The position numbers and the translations under genes were made by a program. The notes beneath the pieces are model-generated. The model had not been told where the DNA came from. It saw only the letters and a program-made list of their open reading frames with translations, and made no database searches. This document shows positions 45,450-58,894 of a stretch of 64,000 bases of DNA, piece after piece. This DNA is from Heterodontus francisci. Taxonomy: Eukaryota. The stretch spans positions 28,434,283 through 28,498,282 of the forward strand of contig NC_090396.1 of the NCBI RefSeq assembly GCF_036365525.1. The letters are read 5' to 3'. Every line of letters begins with the position of its first letter. The first letter of the stretch is position 1.

Positions 45450-48400
45450 TCACAATCACAAAATTGTAACCGTACAGAAGGCGGCCATTCGGCCCATCAT
45501 GTCTGCACTGGTTCTCTGAACAATTTACCTAGTGCAATTCCCCGCCTTCCCATAATCCTGCACATGCTTCCTTTTCAGATAATTATCCAATTCCCTTCTG
45601 CATGCCTTGATTGAACCTGCCTACACCACACTCTCAGGCAGTGCATTCCAGACCTTAACCACTCGCTGTGTGAAAAAGTTTTCCTTCTGTCGCTTTTGCT
45701 TCTTTTGCCAATTACTTTAAATCTGTGCCTTTTCCTTGACCCTTTCACGAATGGGAACAGTTTCTCCCTATCTACTCTTCACACCTCTCATGACTTCACA
45801 CCTCTCAAATCACCTCTCAGCCTTCTCTAAGCAAAACAGTCCAAACTTCTCCAGTCTATCTTCGTAACTGAAGTTCCTCATCCCTGGAATTCATCTCTTG
45901 AATCTTTTCTGCATTCTCTCCAATGCTTTCACATCTTTCCGAAAGTGCGGCGCTCAGAACTGGGCACACTATTCCAGCTGAGGCCAAACTGGTGTCTGAT
46001 ACAAGTTCAACATAACCTCCTTGCTCTTGTACTCTATGCCCCTATTAATAAAGACAAGGATGAAATAAAAACAAAGTGCTGGAAATACTCAGCAGGTCAG
46101 GCAGCATCTGTGGAGAGCGAAGCAGAGTTAATGTTTCAGGTCTGTGATCTTTCATCAGAACTAGCAAAGGTTAGAAAAGAATTAGGTTTTAAGCGCGTGT
46201 GGGGGTGGGGTGGGGGGGGGGTGGAAGGCAACAAAAGGGAAGGTGTGTGATCAGGCAGAGGGCAGGAGTGATTAAATAACAAAGCTGTCATGGGACAAAG
46301 GCAAAGAGAGTGTTAATGCTTGTGGTGAAAGCCAAAGCATTAGTCCAGAGAGAGTGTTAATAGAATAATGCACAGCTCTGTCAATATGAATAACAGTCAC
46401 ATGGTTATACAATTAAATATATAAATTTTTTAAAAAGGCCAGTAATGCTCTGAAGTTATTGAACTCAATGATTAGTCCACAAGGCTGTAGAGTGCCTAAT
46501 TGAAAGATCAGGTGCTGCTCCTCAAGCTTGCCTTGATGTTCACTGGAGCAGGCCAAAGGCAGAAATGTTGGCATGAAAGCAGGGGTGGGTGTTGCAATGG
46601 GAAACGACCAGAAGCTGGGGGTCATGGCTTTCTGATTGAGCGGAGGTGTTCTGCAAAGTGGTCACCCAATCTGCGCTTGGTCTCCCCAATATAGAGGTGG
46701 CCACATTGTGAGCAGTGAATACAGTATACCAAATTGAAGGGAGTACAAGTAAGTTGCTGCCTCACCTGGAAGGAGTGTTTGGGGCCTTGGATGGTGAGAA
46801 GCGAGGAGGTAAAAGGGCAGGTGTGACACCTCCTGCGATTGCCTAGGAATGTGCTATGGGAAGGGGACGAGGTGTCGGGATGATGGAGGAGTGGACCAGG
46901 GTATCGCGGAGGAATGATCCCTTCGGAATGCTGACAAGGGAGGGTAAGAGATGAGTTCGGTGGTGGCATCATGCTGGAGGTGGCGGAAATGGCGGAGGAT
47001 GATCCTTTGAATATGGAGGCTGGTGGGGTGGAAAGTGAGGACAAGGGGAACCCTTTCACAGTTCTGGGAGGGAGGAAGAAGGGTTAGGGCAGAAGTGCAG
47101 GAAATGGGTCGGACGGAGTTGAGGGCCCTGTCAACCACAGTGGGGGGAATCCTCAGTTGAGAAAAAAAGGAAGACATGTCAGAAGTGCTGTCGTGGAAGG
47201 TTGCATCATCAGAACAGATGCATTGGAGACGGAGAAACTGGGAGAATAGGATGGAGCCCTTACATGAAATGGTGTGAGGAGGTGTAGTCAAGGTAGCCGT
47301 GGGAGTCGGTGGGCTTATAATAAATATTAGTAGACAGCCTATCCCCAGAGATGGAGACAGAGAAGTCAGGGAAGGGAAGTGTCATGTAGAGGTGAGAGAT
47401 GGGTGGAAATTAGAAGCAAAGTTGATGAAGTTTCCAGTTGGGGGGCGAGAGCAGGCAGCGGCACCGATACAGTCATCAATGTACCGGAAAAAGAGGTGAG
47501 GGATGAGGCCTGAGTACGACTGGAACAAGGAATATTTGACACATCCCACAAAAAGACAGGTATAATTAGGACCAATACGGGTACATAGCAACACCTTTTA
47601 CTTGAAGGAAGTGACTGGAGTTGAAGGAGAAGTTGTTCAGTGTAAGAACAAGTTCAGCCAGGCAGAAGAGGGTGGTGGTGGATGGAGACTAGTTGGACCT
47701 CTTTTCAAGGAAGAAGCGGAGAGCCCTCAAACCGTCCTGGTGGGGGATGGAGGTGTAGAGAGGTTGGATGTCCGTAATGAAGAGGAGGCGGTTAGGGCCA
47801 GGAAACTGGAAATTGTCAAAATGACGTAGGGCGTTCGAAGAGTCATGGATGTAGGTGGGAAGGAACTGGACCAGGGGAGAAAAGATAGAGTCAAGATAGG
47901 AAGAAATAAGTTCAGTGGAGCAGGAACAAGCTGAAACGGTGGGTCTACCTTGACAATCCTGTTTGTGGATTTTGGAAAGGAGGTAGAAGTGGGCTGTTAG
48001 GGACTATGAGGTTGGAAGCTGTAGAGGGAAGATCTGTGGAGAAGATGAGGTCAGTGACACTCCTGGCGACGGTGGCTTGATGTTCGGTGGTGGGGTCGTG
48101 GTCTGGGGGCGGGTGGAAGAAGTGTCTGAGAGTTGGCGCTCAGCCTCTGCAAGGTAGAGGTCGGTACACCAGTCATCAACAGCACCACCCTTGTCAGCCG
48201 GTTTGATCACAATGTTGGGGTTAGACCTGAGAAAATGGAGTGCAGCAAGGTCAGAGGGCAAAATAGAGTCAGTGTGGGGAGCAGAGAAATTGAGACGGCC
48301 GATGTCACGCCGACAGTTCTCAATGGAGGGATCAAGAGTGGGTAACAGTCCAGAGGGAGGGGTCCAGGTGGATGGAGAATACTGGAGGTGGCTGAAAGGG

Positions 48401-49560
48401 TCTGCTGGTTGGGGGGAGGACTCCTGCTCAAAGAAATGAGCCTGGAGGCGAAGATAACAGAAGAAGAGCTCAACGTCATGCCGAGTGTGAAATTCATTGA
48501 AGTGGGGCCATAAGGGGATAAGATGGAGTCCTTTGTTAAGTACAGGTTGTTCAGCATCAGAGATGGGAAGGTCAGGTCAGAGGGTATTTGTGAATACACG
48601 ACTCGGGGACAGATTAGAAGAAGGGATGGAGTTGAAGGGGAAGAAGGATCTAGAGGGGCGTTGGTACCCATGAGCTGCTGGAGCTTGCGTTCCTCAACAC
48701 CTGAAAAGAAGTGAAAAAGTTTTTTGTTTATGCATCGGTTAAGACGAAAGATGAAATGAAACTGCAGAGCAGAACAGCTTTGAGATAAGGTGAGGCGGTG
48801 CTTCTGGAGAGAGAGGTCAAGTGGATCTCAGGATGCGGTGAGAGCAGCAGTCCGAAAAACGTATTTCTCGGAGATCCCTGAAATCCTGGGTGGATTGAAA
48901 ACATGAAGGATGGGACTTCAGTTGAATCCACGTGGAATAAGTCGGAGTCGGAGACCGTCGCTGAGGAAGGAGATGTGGCTGTGAAAATGAGTGTTGGTTG
49001 ACACCTTATCTAACACCAGGAGGGAAATAGAAAGCAATGAAGACGAACAAGGTAAAAGAGACAAATGGAAATCCCATGGGAGAGCAGAGCAGAACTTCTT
49101 CAAAGATACTGTATGCTTTATTAACCGCTCTCTCAACCTGTCCTGCCACCTTCAATGACTTATGCATATATGCACCCAGGTCCCTTCACTCCTGCACCCC
49201 CTTTAGAGTTGTACCCTTTATTTTATATTGCCTCTCCACATTCTTCCTACCAAAATGAATCACTTCACATTTCTCCGCTTTGAACTTCATCTGTCACTTG
49301 TCTGCCCATTCCACTAATTTGTCTATGTCTTTTTGAAGTTCTACACTATCCTCACAATTCACAATGTTTCCAAGTTTCGTATCATCCGCAAATTTTGAAA
49401 TTATGCCCTGTACACTAAGGTATAAGTCATTAATATATATCAGGAAGAGCAAGGGTCCCAACATTGACCCCTGGGGATCTCCACTACAAACTTTCCTCCA
49501 GTCCGAAAAACATCCATTAACCATTATCTCTTTCCTGTCAGATAGCCAATTTTGTATCCA
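45450..49560 (-). mobile_element. CR1 copy split by the Penelope-like insertion
   Basis: CR1 3' part at 45450-46061; the RT part (GDPQGSMLGP, KFADDTKL, ORF 49294-49524) resumes at ~49104. Confidence 0.75.
46062..49103 (-). mobile_element. Long Penelope-like element (N-terminal region, RT, GIY-YIG), degenerate; hammerhead motif at 46126-46162
   Basis: NIVIKPADKGGAV, FFRYIDDCIG, FSQFLRLQCICS, CSQCGHLYIGETKRRLGDHFAEH. Minus strand AGTT-CTGATGA-AAGATCACAGACCT-GAAAC-ATT-AACT. Confidence 0.9.
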
Positions 49561-52500
49561 TGTTAGGACTGTTGTTGGAACAGAGAAGGTTAAGAGGTGA
49601 CCTGGTGGAGGTTTTCAAGATGGAGAGGTTTTGATGGAGTAGATAAGGAAAAATTATTTCCTCTGATGAATGGATCAATGACTAGAGATCATGGAATTAA
49701 AAACAGCAAAAGATCTAGCAGGCAATGAGAAAATATTTTACTCAGTTGTTGGATCTAGAAAGCTCTACCTGAAAAGGTAGTGGAAGCGGATTCCATAAAT
49801 AATTTTAAAAGGGAGTTAGACAGGTACTTGAGGATGAGGAACCTACAGGGTTACAGACAAAAAGTTGGGGTGTGGGACGAAGCATGGCTGCTCTTTCAAA
49901 GAGTCAGCACAAGCATGATGGGCTGAATAGCCTCCTTCACTGCTGTAAGTTTCTATGAGAAGGATAGATTAATAGCATCCAAATGGACCTAGAAAATAAA
50001 GAGGATGAGCTAAAAATTAAGGTTGGAATTTAATTACATGTATAGGAATGCAGCTTGGTACAGGATGTTAATTGTATATTAATTGTGTTTAATTGTATGC
50101 AGGTGGTGGGTAGTAACTGGGGATTCACTTGTGCCCCTATAAATAGACCCAGACTGAAACTCTGGTTATTGAGTTAGGAGAAGCATGCTTGTAGAAGTTT
50201 GTAAAGATTGTCTCCAGTTGACCAACTGTCTTTTTGGAGTATAACACAGGAAATCTTAATGTCCGATTTTGGTTATTTCGGTAGTTTCACTTAAGTGAAC
50301 ACATCAGAACAAGGTGTCAGTAAAAAGTAAGCTCACATTTGAAAGCTGGCCAGAGCTTAGATCACTTATCCATAGGCCCCACAAAGACCAGGTGTTCATG
50401 TGCAGAGGTAGGAACGATAAAAGCTTTATGATTATTGAATACTGGAAGGTATCTAGGCAGTGTGAGGCTTTAATGAGACGCTACTTGAGGCATCTTGATT
50501 TGAAATCATTGATAAGGATATTTTCAGCATACTGGATACTGATACAATTTAGAAGGTCCAGAGAAGAGGGGAAAGGTTCAAAACTATCTGGAGCTACTTA
50601 CAGATGTTAGCTTTTATCCTATTAAAGAAATGATGATTTAGAAGGGACATAATCCAAGTCTTTAATATGTTGCTGTAAGCAGCTTATTCCATTTAAATTG
50701 TGATAGTGGAACTAGAGTACAAAATAAGTACAAAACTGGCCAGCTTTAAGTGATATTTAAGACAGAAGAAACTTCTATCTCAAAGAAAAGTATAAATGCA
50801 TGCACAAAATAACCACCATTAAAAGTAATGCAAACGTATAAAAAAGCTCAATGAATATTTGTGTCTGAATGAGATTGACCTTATAAGGATAAGTCTAGAT
50901 ATAAATTACCAAGATTGGTACTAGTCAAAAGATTGCGAGTTCAGGCCCCACTCTGACAGATCAGTACATTATTGATAGAAAATTACATTGTCACCAGTAC
51001 CATCCATTTGTGCAGACATTAAAATGAAGTGCAAATGAAAGATCTTGTGACATTTAGAAGAGCTGGGAGTTCTCTTTTTGCCAACATTGTTTCCTCAATG
51101 AACATCAAGAGAAACCATTTAATTAGTAATTCATCTCTATTGCAGATTGTGGAACCTTGCAATGCACAATTGTTGGCCATGTTTCCCTGCGCTACCTGCA
51201 TTGGAAGTGCTTTGAAACATCCTGAGGCTGTGATAAGGTGCTATATAAATGCAAATTTGTTCTTTAATGCTGAAGAAGTGAAGAAAACAACGCTGCCATC
51301 ACTAGCAGCATCATTGTCACATTTCTGGATTTCTGAATATTTTGTTCGTGGAAGAATTTAGGTGTAACTGATATCAAAATGCCATTCGGATAGGTTCAGT
51401 TCACAAGTATTTAAATTTGCAACACACAGCTTCTGCGAAAGATGGAATCCAGATGAAACTTCCATCCAAATTTCTTGAGACAAGAGGTTGTCTCAAAACA
51501 TCCCAGTAAATATTCACACATCGGTGTTGGAATGTTCCTCCATTTGTGCTCAGCAGTAGTCAGTTCCTCAAAGGCCTCAGTAAAGTGCGTGGTAGATGGC
51601 TCATCTGGGCCACTTTCCAGACATGTTGAGGGTTGGAGGTCAAGCCATTGGTTTCCTGTCCAAGTTTGGAACAAAAGACACAGAAGCACATAGACTGAGA
51701 CAGTCTGAAAGATCTGGTAAGGCAGTCAGAAACAATGATTATGCTGTCCTTAAAGTAGATCAGATTCACAATTATTCGTGAGAAAGGTTGCACTTGGCTC
51801 ACTGGTGGGGTCAATGTGGTGTTTATTAGTTTCTATGTTGCAAGTTGTGTTAATAAATAAATTGTAATTTATTGTATTTGTTACTCAGTTCACTTATTGT
51901 TTGTCAGTGCAATAAGGACCTTTAAAGTCAGTTTTTATTGTCATAAAGTGATATTTTTAAGTGTAAAACTGGGCGGAAATATTTCGGGTGGGGGAGGAGG
52001 GGGAATTGAACCTAAAAATAAGTAAACTTGGAGAATGGAATAAAGTCAGTTTTCATTTTGAACATGACTAAAGCTCAAGAAAACAGTCATAGGAGTTAAA
52101 GAGGGTTTAATTCGAGGTAAATGAAAACTCTCAATTATAACAATTCACATCCACTTTTATGGGGCTAACCATCAGACTCACTTCACATGATTCTTGTGAA
52201 AAGTTTATAGTAATGTAAAAGAATCTATGTTTATTCCGGCTTCCACTGCTTGCCTGAAACTATGAGTGGAAAAATAAAAATCATTGAAGATCACATACCA
52301 GGAGACAGTTGCAACCTTGCTTTGAATAACCTGAGTTGGCTTTTAATGACCAGGGTGTCCGGGGACAATCAGTTTGGTAACTCTCTGTACACTGCTCTTC
52401 TTGCTCCATACCTGCCTAAGAATGAAAGATTGACATCTGCTGTACTATACAAAAAAAAACTCTCAGTCACTCTTGTCCTATGTCCTGAGTGTGTGTGCAT

Positions 52501-52846
52501 CTCATCAGTGACTATGGCAAATTACATGAAATACACAGCATGGTTGTTGATGTAACAGATGGGATGCATATAAATTTGTTACTTGGTAAGGAAAAGATGG
52601 GAAATTTTAGAATATCGTCTCAAATTTAGGATGCAAGTTTTTTTAAATTCATCTGTCACTTTAAAAACAACTTGAGTATTTATAGCTGAAGTAAGTGAAA
52701 ATTGATTCTAATAATCCTTAAAAATAAACAGATTGACAATTTATATTTGTCGTTGTCTCACTTGAATGTTGATCCAACCACCTTTTGGAAGATTGGAGAA
52801 CTGCACGTGGTGGCATGTCTGGGATTACTGTATCCAGTTCATATAA

Positions 52847-53850
52847 TGATATGACCGAGGCAGGAGGAGTGCACTGTTTATTCTAGTTCCACTTCTCTAC
52901 GGATCACAACATATATTTAAATGTTTCCCCACTTACCGATATGGTCAATCATACTTTATTTTTATCCCAGAATAAAACACATCAACTAGGTTTCTTTAAT
53001 AAACAACAAAATTATCAGTTTATTATAAATCAAGTCTTAACCAGTAATGAAGTAAAGCATAAGCGCACAGATTGAAATATTAAAGTTCCCTTTATACCTT
53101 AGCCCTTCACACTCACACACACACATCAGTTAACTGAAAAATATAGGGATTTGTGTTTTAGAGCTTTATTACAAAAAAAGACAACAAAAGGGTTAAATAC
53201 TTGCTAATTTTTGAATAAGAAAGAGAAGATAGGGAAAGATGTCCTTTGTTTTAGTTTGCCATTCCAAATGTGTGTATACAGCTGTCACCGGGATCTTCCA
53301 AGAACAGTTCTTTCCAGGTGATGTTGAAGATCAGTTTGGGTAGGCGTTCCAAGAAATGTAGCAACAGAGGTTTAAGATAGGCTTCACAGCAGAAATGCGG
53401 CAAGAGGGGTTTCAGTTCCCACACATTTGATATGCAAGGTTTCTTCAAATATAGGAGGAAAGAGGAGACTGACACACTGGACACACAGAGTTTATTTCAA
53501 AGAGAGAGAAAGAGGTGAGCTGGGTTTCCTTCGCAGGCAAAAACCAACTGTCTTCCAAGCAGTTTGCCCTCCAACTCACTGTCCAAAGTGAAACCAAAAT
53601 AGTGTCACAGGATTCAAGCCTCCTGACCCCTATACATCTTGACCTGTCACTTCTCTGTAAACATCTTCCCTAAGTCAAAACAACAAGCTCCCTGCTTGTT
53701 TACAAGCCAAGTCCAGGAAGCCTTCTGGTGACCTCTTTTTTTTAAAAAAACACAAAGTTCAGCATCGCTTTAAGCTTCCAGATGACTCAATGTCCATAAT
53801 TCAGTTCTAAGTCCTTAAAAACATATTTTACAAAAAAAATTCTCATAACA
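52847..53850 (-). mobile_element. Solo LTR-like element
   Basis: TGATATGAC...CATAACA termini with 4-bp TSD ATAA on both sides; non-coding. Strand is tentative. Confidence 0.6.
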
Positions 53851-54979
53851 ATAACAAGGAGCTACATGGTTACAGCTCCTGGGTCACACTGTTGTAGGTC
53901 CAGATACTTGGGAAGTAAAGTGAAGTCCTGATTGCAAGAGATGTGGGATCTGATTACCAAGGGAGACTAGTAATGCTGAAGTTGAGAGAATATCTTGTGA
54001 AACCCAAATTTGTCAAGCACCTTCTCCAGAAAAAAGAATTGTGCAATAAATTTGCCTGAGTTTGTTGATGGGATAAATTCTGTCAGCAACCGGAAAACCT
54101 GGCTCTAAAAAGTGGAAGAAGATTGCAGGTCAAGGTAAGCCTTCCTATTCCAAGCCTGTCAGAAAGTATTTTCTTGTTATCTGATTCTCTTTTATATTTT
54201 CCCAATCAAAAATAATGTTATGGCTATTTGAATGTTTACCTTTTCCATCCATACTGCAGCATGGCTCAATTATAAGTTGCATTTTGCATTAGAAACTATG
54301 ATACTGTAATCTTACAGGGTCTTTACACAGAAAAGCCTCCTGCCACAACCTAACTAAATGTTCATTCACTGTCACACATAATTGGCTGTAAAACAAACAC
54401 TTCAGTGTCACCATATATGCCTTGAAACTTGCATGAGGCCACTAGGGTTGGGTTTTCACAGAATGCGATTCCAAAAGACTAATTAAAGTCCTGAAATCCA
54501 GTGTAATAGCTATCAATCTATAATAATCTCAGTTTTTGGCTCAGACTGTTTTGATTGGTCAGCTTAAGGGACAGGTCTGTTGGTGGGTTTATTTGGTGGG
54601 AGGTGCCTGGCGCACACAGAGGCACCTGTGGTTCGTGGAGGACTTTAGCACATGATGCATGTGCAGCTGCCAACAGGTGGTGGTGGCGGCGGGGATGACC
54701 TGGTGGAGTGTGGTGGTTGGTTGAGAACAAAAACAGGAGAAGGTAAGAGGAGCCCAATAACAAAGTTACCCTGGCAGGAGAGATTGTTTCCATGAGGGAT
54801 GGGATAGGGATTGATGGGAGGGATGGGGATGTCATGGGAAGGATGGTAGGAATGGGTTGGGGCAGGCATTGGAAGGATGGAATGGGATGGGGATGGCATG
54901 GGAGGAGTGGAATATATATGAGATGATGGAATTGGTTAAGTGTGGCAAAATGGCGGGGACAATTATTTGATACAATTTA

Positions 54980-55560
54980 TTATTCAAAAGCTATTTGTGC
55001 TGCAAACGAAGGTTCACTAGATTTGAATAAAAAAGTTTTAGAAAACCTGTCAGGTGAATTAAAATAATACATAGGCATTGATTCTACAGACAAAGAAGAT
55101 GATAACCATCTATACGCTCCAGAGTTTTCACACAGTCTAACTCCAAAAGGCATATTACCACACAAACGTAGACTCAAGGAAGGAGTAGTTATAATGTTGC
55201 TATGAAACCATAATCCTAAACAAGGACTTTGTAATGGAACAAGATTGGTTGTTAGGAAGCTGTCTTCTTCGATGATAGATACTGAAATTATAACAGGCAC
55301 ATTTCAAGGAGATACAGTGTTTATTCCTTGAATAACATCAGATGTAAAATTGCCTTTTCAACTCAGGAGATAACAGTTCCCAATGAGACTTCCATATTCT
55401 ATGACTATATAAAAAAAGCCACAAGGCCAGACTCCTGACAGAATTTGTATTTAAATTTTCCACCTGTTTTTACACATGGACAGTTTTACTTAGCCATTTC
55501 CAGAGTGAGAAGTTTTGATTCTGTTAAATTAGAAATCCTGTATATAAAGAAGTACTGTTG
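54980..55560 (+). mobile_element. Helitron RepHel PIF1-like helicase C-terminal relic
   Basis: Translates to LNKKVLENLSG...PEFSHSLTPKGILPHK.RLKEGVVIMLL*NHNPKQGLCNGTRLVV...QFPMRLPYSMT..K.QGQT...VFTHGQFYLAISRV...YKEVL, with stops and frameshifts. Confidence 0.9.
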
Positions 55561-56693
55561 CAATTAAAAATAGTAATGTTCTGCCTGTCTCTGCTAGTTT
55601 AACTTATTCAGCAGGCTTTTATAATTTAAAAAGTCAGATTTGTGGGGGGGGGCGGGGGTAACATGGGTCATCTTTTTGGGGTTTGATAGGTTGGTATATA
55701 TGCAATAAATGCAAATTAACATCTTTAAAATGTAATTAAGATATTTAATCTGAAATCTGACATTGACGGTATTTTTTTCTGTTTTTATTTGACGTTTAGA
55801 TATATAATTGCTGCACCACCTTCAGTTCGGAAAGAAAATACACATTAAGGATCTTAATTGTTGTTGCAATTTGTCCAGTTTGGCGGAAATGATGTACATG
55901 GGTTTCCCTCGTTTGATCTCTGCAATAGAATCAATGAAAATGACGGCCCTGATACTGTGCCGTTAAGGTAGGACGGTCAGCTCCCTGTCTGCGTTAGCGG
56001 TGAAGAATCACTGTGTCAGCTTCTGTACCCTTGTGTGGGGGAAATTTGTTGATGTAGATTTCTGCATTGGAATTTCTGTTCTGGTTGGAGATTGCGGGCT
56101 GTTCTGTTATCGGATCGCCTGATATTTCTCGTACATACAGCAACAGTCATTCTGCAGCAGGTACAATTCAAAGACGGGGCACGGTCTATATGTCGTTCCC
56201 AAGGAATATTTCATCTTTGTAGATGTACACTCACGTTTCCTTATTTTCAATGAAACTTGCAGGTTTGTTTTAATTAAAACTACACCAATTAGTATAATAA
56301 TATTTTAATTTATATATCGCTTTATTAAGTCGAAGTTATTCAAAGCACTTCACAGGATGAAGTGGTCCGAAAAGTGCAGTATTTTATGTAGGCAGTGCAG
56401 GATTGGAAATGCAACATTTTATGTAAGGAGCGCAATATTTTCTGCAGGTAAATCTATGGATAGAGATGTCGAAACTCTTGGTGGGCGACACAGGTGCCAT
56501 GACACAGGTCCTGAGTCACAAATTTGGACAAATGTTCTTTTTCAGTCGCCAGGCTTGCAGTAGCACTTATCACAAATCCAGGCACATGCAGTTCACGATT
56601 TTCCACAATAAAAATTAAAGAAGAAAAAAAATCTTAAGGCAGCTTGTGCTTGAAGTTACAGGAGGGGCTTCCAGCCACCAACCTACGTCCAGC

Positions 56694-57081
56694 TAAAGCC
56701 TAACTACTCGACCCGAACCCGACTAGGCCCGACTACGTGTCAGGTTCGAGTGGGGTCGGGTCAATATTGCCAGTCCAACATTCGGGCTCAGGTCGGGTCG
56801 GGCTGGACAGTGCTGCCTTCGGTAACTCAGCAGTTCAGACTCAGTCATGATTCCCCACAACTCCATCTGCAGGAATAGCCTGCTGCCGGAACAGATGAAT
56901 AGGATCACAAGTATTACCATTTGGACAATAACAAGCTTGATATCATGAAATTTATTGCGATATTTGGGTCGGGTCGGGTGCGAAAAAAAATTAAAGGAGT
57001 TGGGCCCGGGATGGGTTCGGATTGGCTGTGGTCGGGTCGGGCCCGAGTCGGGTTTCAATTTTATACCTCAGCAGGCCTTTA
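56694..57081. mobile_element. hAT-type MITE related to 21076-21514
   Basis: GACCCGAACCCGAC near the start, TCGGGTCGGG repeats, AGCAGGCCTTTA end. Confidence 0.65.
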
Positions 57082-57084
57082 TAT

Positions 57085-57965
57085 TATTACGACCAACCGC
57101 TACAGTCAGTGCCCCCCAATCAAAATAAGCAATTCTGATTGTGGTGGGACCAACGCACTGTTAATTCAATCCCGCCGCTCCACAGATTGCCTAACATATC
57201 ATTTAAAACTTTCCAAATTAAAGAAAGACCCAGCCAAATTGTACCATCTATTAACCCCCGAATGATGCTAACCAAACCAGGTGTCTTTAAATCAACAAGT
57301 TAACTCTTTAATTAGAAGAACTAAATTCTTAAACACTATGAAGATATAGACAACATTTAAAATAGAAAAAATGAGAGTCCTTGCAATTTTACAGTCCAAT
57401 GTTGCTTGAAGTCCTCACAGGATGTTGCTCGGAGTCCTCACAGGATGTTGCTTTCCTTCTCCAGTGAATTTCAACAATTAACGACTTGTAAACATTTTCA
57501 ACAGAATCAATCTGACTTTAGAGTTTTTGAGGGATAAAAGATTGTCACAGTCTAACTTCCCTTTCTTCAATTTAAATTACCAGAGATCTCTGTTTTGGCT
57601 TGACTTTTTCTTAGAATTTTGAGAGATAATAGACTAAAATCCTCTTCCTTTAGTTTAAATGGTTGAGAGCTTTTTTCAGGTGTGCTCATCACAGCTGTAT
57701 CCTCTGTGTGTCTCAGTGTGTGTGTTCTGTTAGGACAAACTGTCTTCAACTCATAAGCCAGTTCAAAACCGAATTGTAACAAATGTATCGCATCAGGCTC
57801 ACTCCCAGTGGCTATATCTATAGTAATGAGAATGCACCCTTTGAATCGCAGTCTCCAAATGGCTGTTTCTAGGGCAACGAAAATGCGCCTTCCTATAACT
57901 CCTGAAGCTTGCTGGTTCTTAAAGGCAAACCGTATATGCCGAAAAAAAACTACAGGACCATGACA
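57085..57965 (-). mobile_element. Solo LTR-like element
   Basis: TATTACGAC...CATGACA termini (TGT..ACA type) with TSD ATAT at 57081-57084 and 57966-57969. Strand is tentative. Confidence 0.65.
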
Positions 57966-58016
57966 ATATCCAGCTGCTGAAGTGGGAAATTGACCCTATA
58001 ATGTTTAAATCCATAT

Positions 58017-58894
58017 TGTTATGACCAGTGAGAAGGGGTCTAGGGGCTCCCTCTCAGCCTTTGCCTGGTTTAACCATAAAAGGGTTTAATTTTAGAAACA
58101 CCATGTTTTCAGCTCCCCCTCAGTGAATCCTTGTTCACTGCTCCAATTGTAAGGCAAAGAAATCAGACAGGTTTCCTTAGATTTAAACAAGAAAGGCAGA
58201 ATTTTATTAATCTTAAACTCTAATCCAGTTAATGACTACGAATATGCGACGCTAGCATGCATACGCATTAAACACACACGCAGGTAGAGACAAAGTAGAA
58301 AGAATAAAGGAGAAAAGTTTGAGGCAATTTCTGTTAGTTATTTACTGTCCTTTGAGTTCAACGTGGAGTCTTTGGTTGTCGGTAAGTCCTGCTATTAATT
58401 GGGGCCCAGTTCACGCTTCAACTTGCCTTTTCTCTCTTGAGGTTTATGTGTCTTCTGTGAGTCCGGTGGCTTGGGAGAAAGCGAGAGAGACAGCCGAGGG
58501 AGCGGCTTCCTTGTTCCAGCTTCAGTTGCAAACTGCCTTCTGCCTTTCTGTGTGGCACAATTCAAATATCCCAGGTTGCCCAGCAGGTTAGCCGTGCGAC
58601 TAGTTCCTTATTTGGAACAGTCTCTCCTGCGAGGTTTGTGGATTATATTACCTTAGCAGTCTCTGGAATGCACTTCCTTACATCTACAATGTCTGTTGAT
58701 CAAAATCCATTTGGGTTAATTGGATCGGAGAATAGTCCTTTGTCTCCACAAGCAGCGTCTCTTAGTGTGCAAATGTCCTTCCAGTCCAGTATCTGGTGAT
58801 CTTCGAACAAGTCCTTTCTTCACTCCAGCAACAGTTTAAAATCAATGTTCATATGACAAAATTAATATGCCTCATTCTTGGCATCTGTGTGACA
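58017..58894 (-). mobile_element. Solo LTR, same family as 33190-34069
   Basis: TGTTATGAC...GTGACA termini; both ends are reverse-complement homologous to the 33190 element; TSD ATAT/GTAT. Confidence 0.75.

Noticed and set aside
51411-51860. Possible exon (92-aa minus-strand ORF, or plus-strand terminal exon with AATAAA at ~51852), including TMEM220, the neighbour expected from human synteny
   Set aside because: No recognizable similarity to TMEM220 or any other protein, and no canonical AG acceptor in frame; left unassigned.
54800-54912. (GGGAT/GGAAT)n purine tract with G-quadruplex potential
   Set aside because: Simple degenerate microsatellite with no evidence of function.
54980-55560. 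Host PIF1 helicase gene
   Set aside because: Intronless fragment with multiple stops and frameshifts, and Helitron-type motifs (GLCNGTRL, VFTHGQ.Y.A.SRV).
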